Shown in pieces: positions 60,935-64,000 of a stretch of 64,000 nt of DNA. The stretch's first letter is position 1. Each line of letters begins with the position of its first letter. The notes under the pieces are model-generated. The model had not been told where the DNA came from. It saw only the letters and a list, made by a program, of their open reading frames with translations, and did not search any database. The stretch is from contig CM052817.1 of the NCBI GenBank assembly GCA_028534125.1, positions 33,606,001 to 33,670,000 on the forward strand. Reading direction: 5' to 3'. The stretch comes from Lama glama. Taxonomy: Eukaryota. The position numbers were made by a program, and so were the translations under genes.

Positions 60935-62045
60935 AAGAGAGTCAAAAGACAAGCCACAGATTGGGAGAAGTTGTTTGCAAACATATTTGATAAAGGACTT
61001 GTATCCAAAAAATACAAGGAAATCTTAAAACTCAGCAATAAAAAAGCAAACAATCCGGTTAAAAAATAGGCAGAAAATCTGGAAATCCACCAAAGAAGAT
61101 AAACAGATGGACTAAGCATATGAAAAGGTGCTTGACATCTATCTATACCATTAGGGAAAATTGAAAATTAAAAAAACAACAATGAGATATCACTATACAC
61201 TTCTTAGAATGGTGAAAATCGAAAACACTGACAACACCAAATGCTAGTGAGGATGTGGAGCAACAGGAACTCTCATTCTTTTTTAGTAGGAATGCAAAAC
61301 AGTACAGCCATTTTGGAAGACCATTTGGCAGTCTCTTACAAAGTTAAACACAGTCTTACCAAATGGTCCAGCAACCATGCTCCTAGGTGCGTACCCAAAT
61401 GGAAACTTATGTTCATACAGAATCCTGTACACAAATGTTTATAGCAGCTTTATTCATAACTGGTTGGAAACAATGAAGGTACTTGTGACAGGCAAATGAA
61501 TAAACAAACTGTGGAACATCATGCAGTGGAATATTATTCAGTCATAAAAAGAATGAGCTATCAACTCATGAAAAGACATGGAGGAAATTTAAAGGTGTAT
61601 TTCTAAGTGAAAGTAACTGATCTATAAAGCCTACATACGTTATGATTTCAACTATATGGTATTCTGGAAAAGGCAAAACTACAGAGACAGTAAAAAGATC
61701 AGTGGTTGCCAGGGGTTGAGAGGTGCGGAAGTGAGGAATGAATAGGTGAAGCACAGAGGATTTTTAGGCTGGCAAAACTATTCTGTATGATACTATAATG
61801 GTGAACACATGACAGTGTGCATTTGTCAAAACCCACAGAAATATATGACAGAATGAATTGTAATATAAACTATGGCTTTTATTAATAATAATATATCAAT
61901 ATTGGTTCATCAATTGGCCACACTAATGTAAGATGTTAATGATGGGGAAACGGTTTGTCTGTATGGGAACTCTGTATTATCTGCTCACTTTTTCTGTAAA
62001 CCTAAAACTATCCTAAAAAGTTATGTCTATTAACTAAAAACAACA
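60935..62045 (+). mobile_element. L1 ORF2 end and 3'UTR (L1MC/MD-like)
   Basis: AAAAGACAAGCCACAGATTGGGAGAA..GGATGTGGAGCAACAGGAACTCTCATT..TATTCTGGAAAAGGCAAAACT..TTTCTGTAAACCTAAAACT. Confidence 0.88.
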
Positions 62046-62294
62046 ACAAAGATGATATGACCCAAAGTGGCCAGTTTTCATCATAAAGGAGAACTCTGTC
62101 TTCTGCTACATCTCATTTCTGTACTGGTTACCTGAGGGCTCTTGGCTATGAGGTGCCCAGTAAAGACTGTCGAGTGAATACGTTCACCAAGGTGTAGGCA
62201 ATAAAACTCTACCCTCATGTCTTTATGCTCTATTTAAACAGATAAATCTTGACCAAATGCAGACCACTGTAATAACAGTTAATATGTGTGGACC

Positions 62295-62480
62295 ATCCAA
62301 TGTCTGCCAGGCATTTTTCTAGACCCTTAATATGCTGTAATTCATTCTGTCCTCAGAGCAACCCTGTGAAATAGTTACGTGTTTTACAGGTGAGGAAACT
62401 TGACCACGGAGAGGACCAATAAGTGATAGAATCGGGTTTTGAACCCAGAAAGTCTAGCTCAGGAGGCCACGCTCTTTTGA
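62295..62480 (-). mobile_element. MIR SINE
   Basis: TGCCAGGCA..CAACCCTGTGAAATAG..TTTTACAGGTGAGGAAACT..TTTGAACCCAG. Confidence 0.7.
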
Positions 62481-63619
62481 CAATTCTGCTAAAATAGGAG
62501 CTGTGGGAATAAGGACATGTAGCAGCAGGGACCTTTTATTCTTATAGATACCTGTTCCTTAGCAATGGGCCTGGCACATGGTAAACAATGTAGAAACTAT
62601 GTTTGTTGAGTGAATGAATAAATGAATGAAAAAATGAGTGAGTGATGAATGAATGAAAACCATAGTAACGTGAAGAGAATGGAAATCTGAGAATGGGATG
62701 TGATTCCGTGTGCCTGTTATTTTTGCTTGGGATTAATTCGCAGACCTTCTCCGCTGGGATCCTGGCTGACATACACTTGTGGGGTTGACTGGATTATATA
62801 ATTGCTGTTTTCTGTCTCTGACTACTGTGATTATGACTCAAGTAGTGGATACATTTACAGTGCTATGTAAATAATAATTATTTTAATTATGGTTTGACCT
62901 GTACGATATATTCTGAAAACATGGCTGACTGTGCATTTGTGTATATGCACTCTTGAGAGTGGTGGAAAAAATCTCCTATTATGAAAGTACAAAGGAATCT
63001 CCCCTCTATGCATGTGGTAATTTTAGAATTATAACACAGAGAAGTACAATACCACTGTAATTATAGCAAGTCTGCAGAAAGAAATGGCTTTGAAATAGTA
63101 TATAATCTACGTGTATTGCATTTTGATAATATAAAGTTTGATTTTATTGGCAATATTTTATTTTTGATGCCAGGAAAAACTAGTAATGGCAATTTTTCAG
63201 GCTCTCTATAATAGTATGAAAGTACCTTGTAGATTAAAGTGCAATTTAAGCAGCATAGTTTGTGTACGGTGCTTAGCCAAGTGCCTGGCATGTAGTAAGT
63301 GCACAGTAAGTACTAGGTATGGTGACAGCATATAGTCTAAGTAAGTGTTTGATGCAAACGATGTGCTGTATGCATTTTTAAAATGATCTTCACAAAGAAC
63401 TCAAATTTGATCCACATGGCACCTAGGAGATCTTTATCAATGACAGTGACATTATTTTTTGCACTTGAAATGCACAAGGGACCATCTTAGACATTGGAGG
63501 GGGTGGAGAATGGTTGGGGCCCAGGGGCAGGACCCAAAGGTGCACAGCAAAGTACCTGCTTCTGGAGAATGTACAATGACATGAAAGAGACAAGACACTC
63601 ATGGACAGTCATAGAGCTC

Positions 63620-63790
63620 TCAGTACTTAACGACGTGCCAGGCGCAGTTCTAAGTGCTTTGCTCATGCTGCCCCATCAAATCTTCACACAGATGAGGAAA
63701 TGGAGGCACAGGAAAGGTAAGTGAGGTGTCACAGATAGCAAGCAGCAGATTCCAGTCTAGGCTGTCTGATCCAGAGTCCGCTCTCCTCAC
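63620..63790 (-). mobile_element. MIR SINE
   Basis: GTGCCAGGCGCAGTTCTAAGTGCTTT..ACAGATGAGGAAATGGAGGCACAG. Confidence 0.7.
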
Positions 63791-64000
63791 CTGACATTAA
63801 AGTGCCCTCCCCCTTAAGGGTATGCAAATAGCAGTAATACCAGAATAACCTTCAGGGACGGGTGAGAAAACCCACTGTGGGAACATTCTAGCCAAGCAAT
63901 TGGGAAGACTTCTCCAAGGATGGGAATTTGAGTTGAATTTTGGAAGATTTGGGGAACAGAATATCAAGTAAGAGAGAACAGCTTCCTGGAGACTGACACA

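Noticed and set aside
1..64000. CRISPR arrays, rRNA, or prokaryotic operons and defence systems
   Set aside because: The sequence is clearly mammalian; no repeat-spacer arrays or bacterial genes were seen.

Overview
Mammalian genomic DNA, very probably a camelid, judged from three copies of a Vic-1-like tRNA-derived SINE and cetartiodactyl-type L1 3' ends. The only protein-coding gene is the two-exon ParaHox homeobox gene GSX2 (+ strand, CDS 8427-8985 joined to 9687-10027, 299 aa). It sits in a CpG-rich, transposon-poor block (~1-18 kb) with several homeodomain-site-rich non-coding elements. The rest is repeat-rich intergenic DNA (L1, L2, MIR, CR1/L3, MaLR LTRs, hAT/Tigger MITEs, one 500-N gap), on the side that leads to PDGFRA in other mammals. 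At 38349-47145 a degraded class I (gamma-like) endogenous retrovirus has inserted into an MLT1 LTR and itself carries a solo LTR, an L1 and a SINE. The best leads are: (1) the proviral 3' LTR looks remodelled into a CpG-island, TATA-less, NRF1/YY1/ETS/GC-box promoter with a non-canonical poly(A) hexamer and a strong splice donor downstream; (2) two near-identical GSX2-homodimer-type TAAT-N7-TAAT sites flank GSX2 itself. I found no novel multi-gene system. Repeat family names are recognised by eye and their boundaries are approximate unless a TSD is given.
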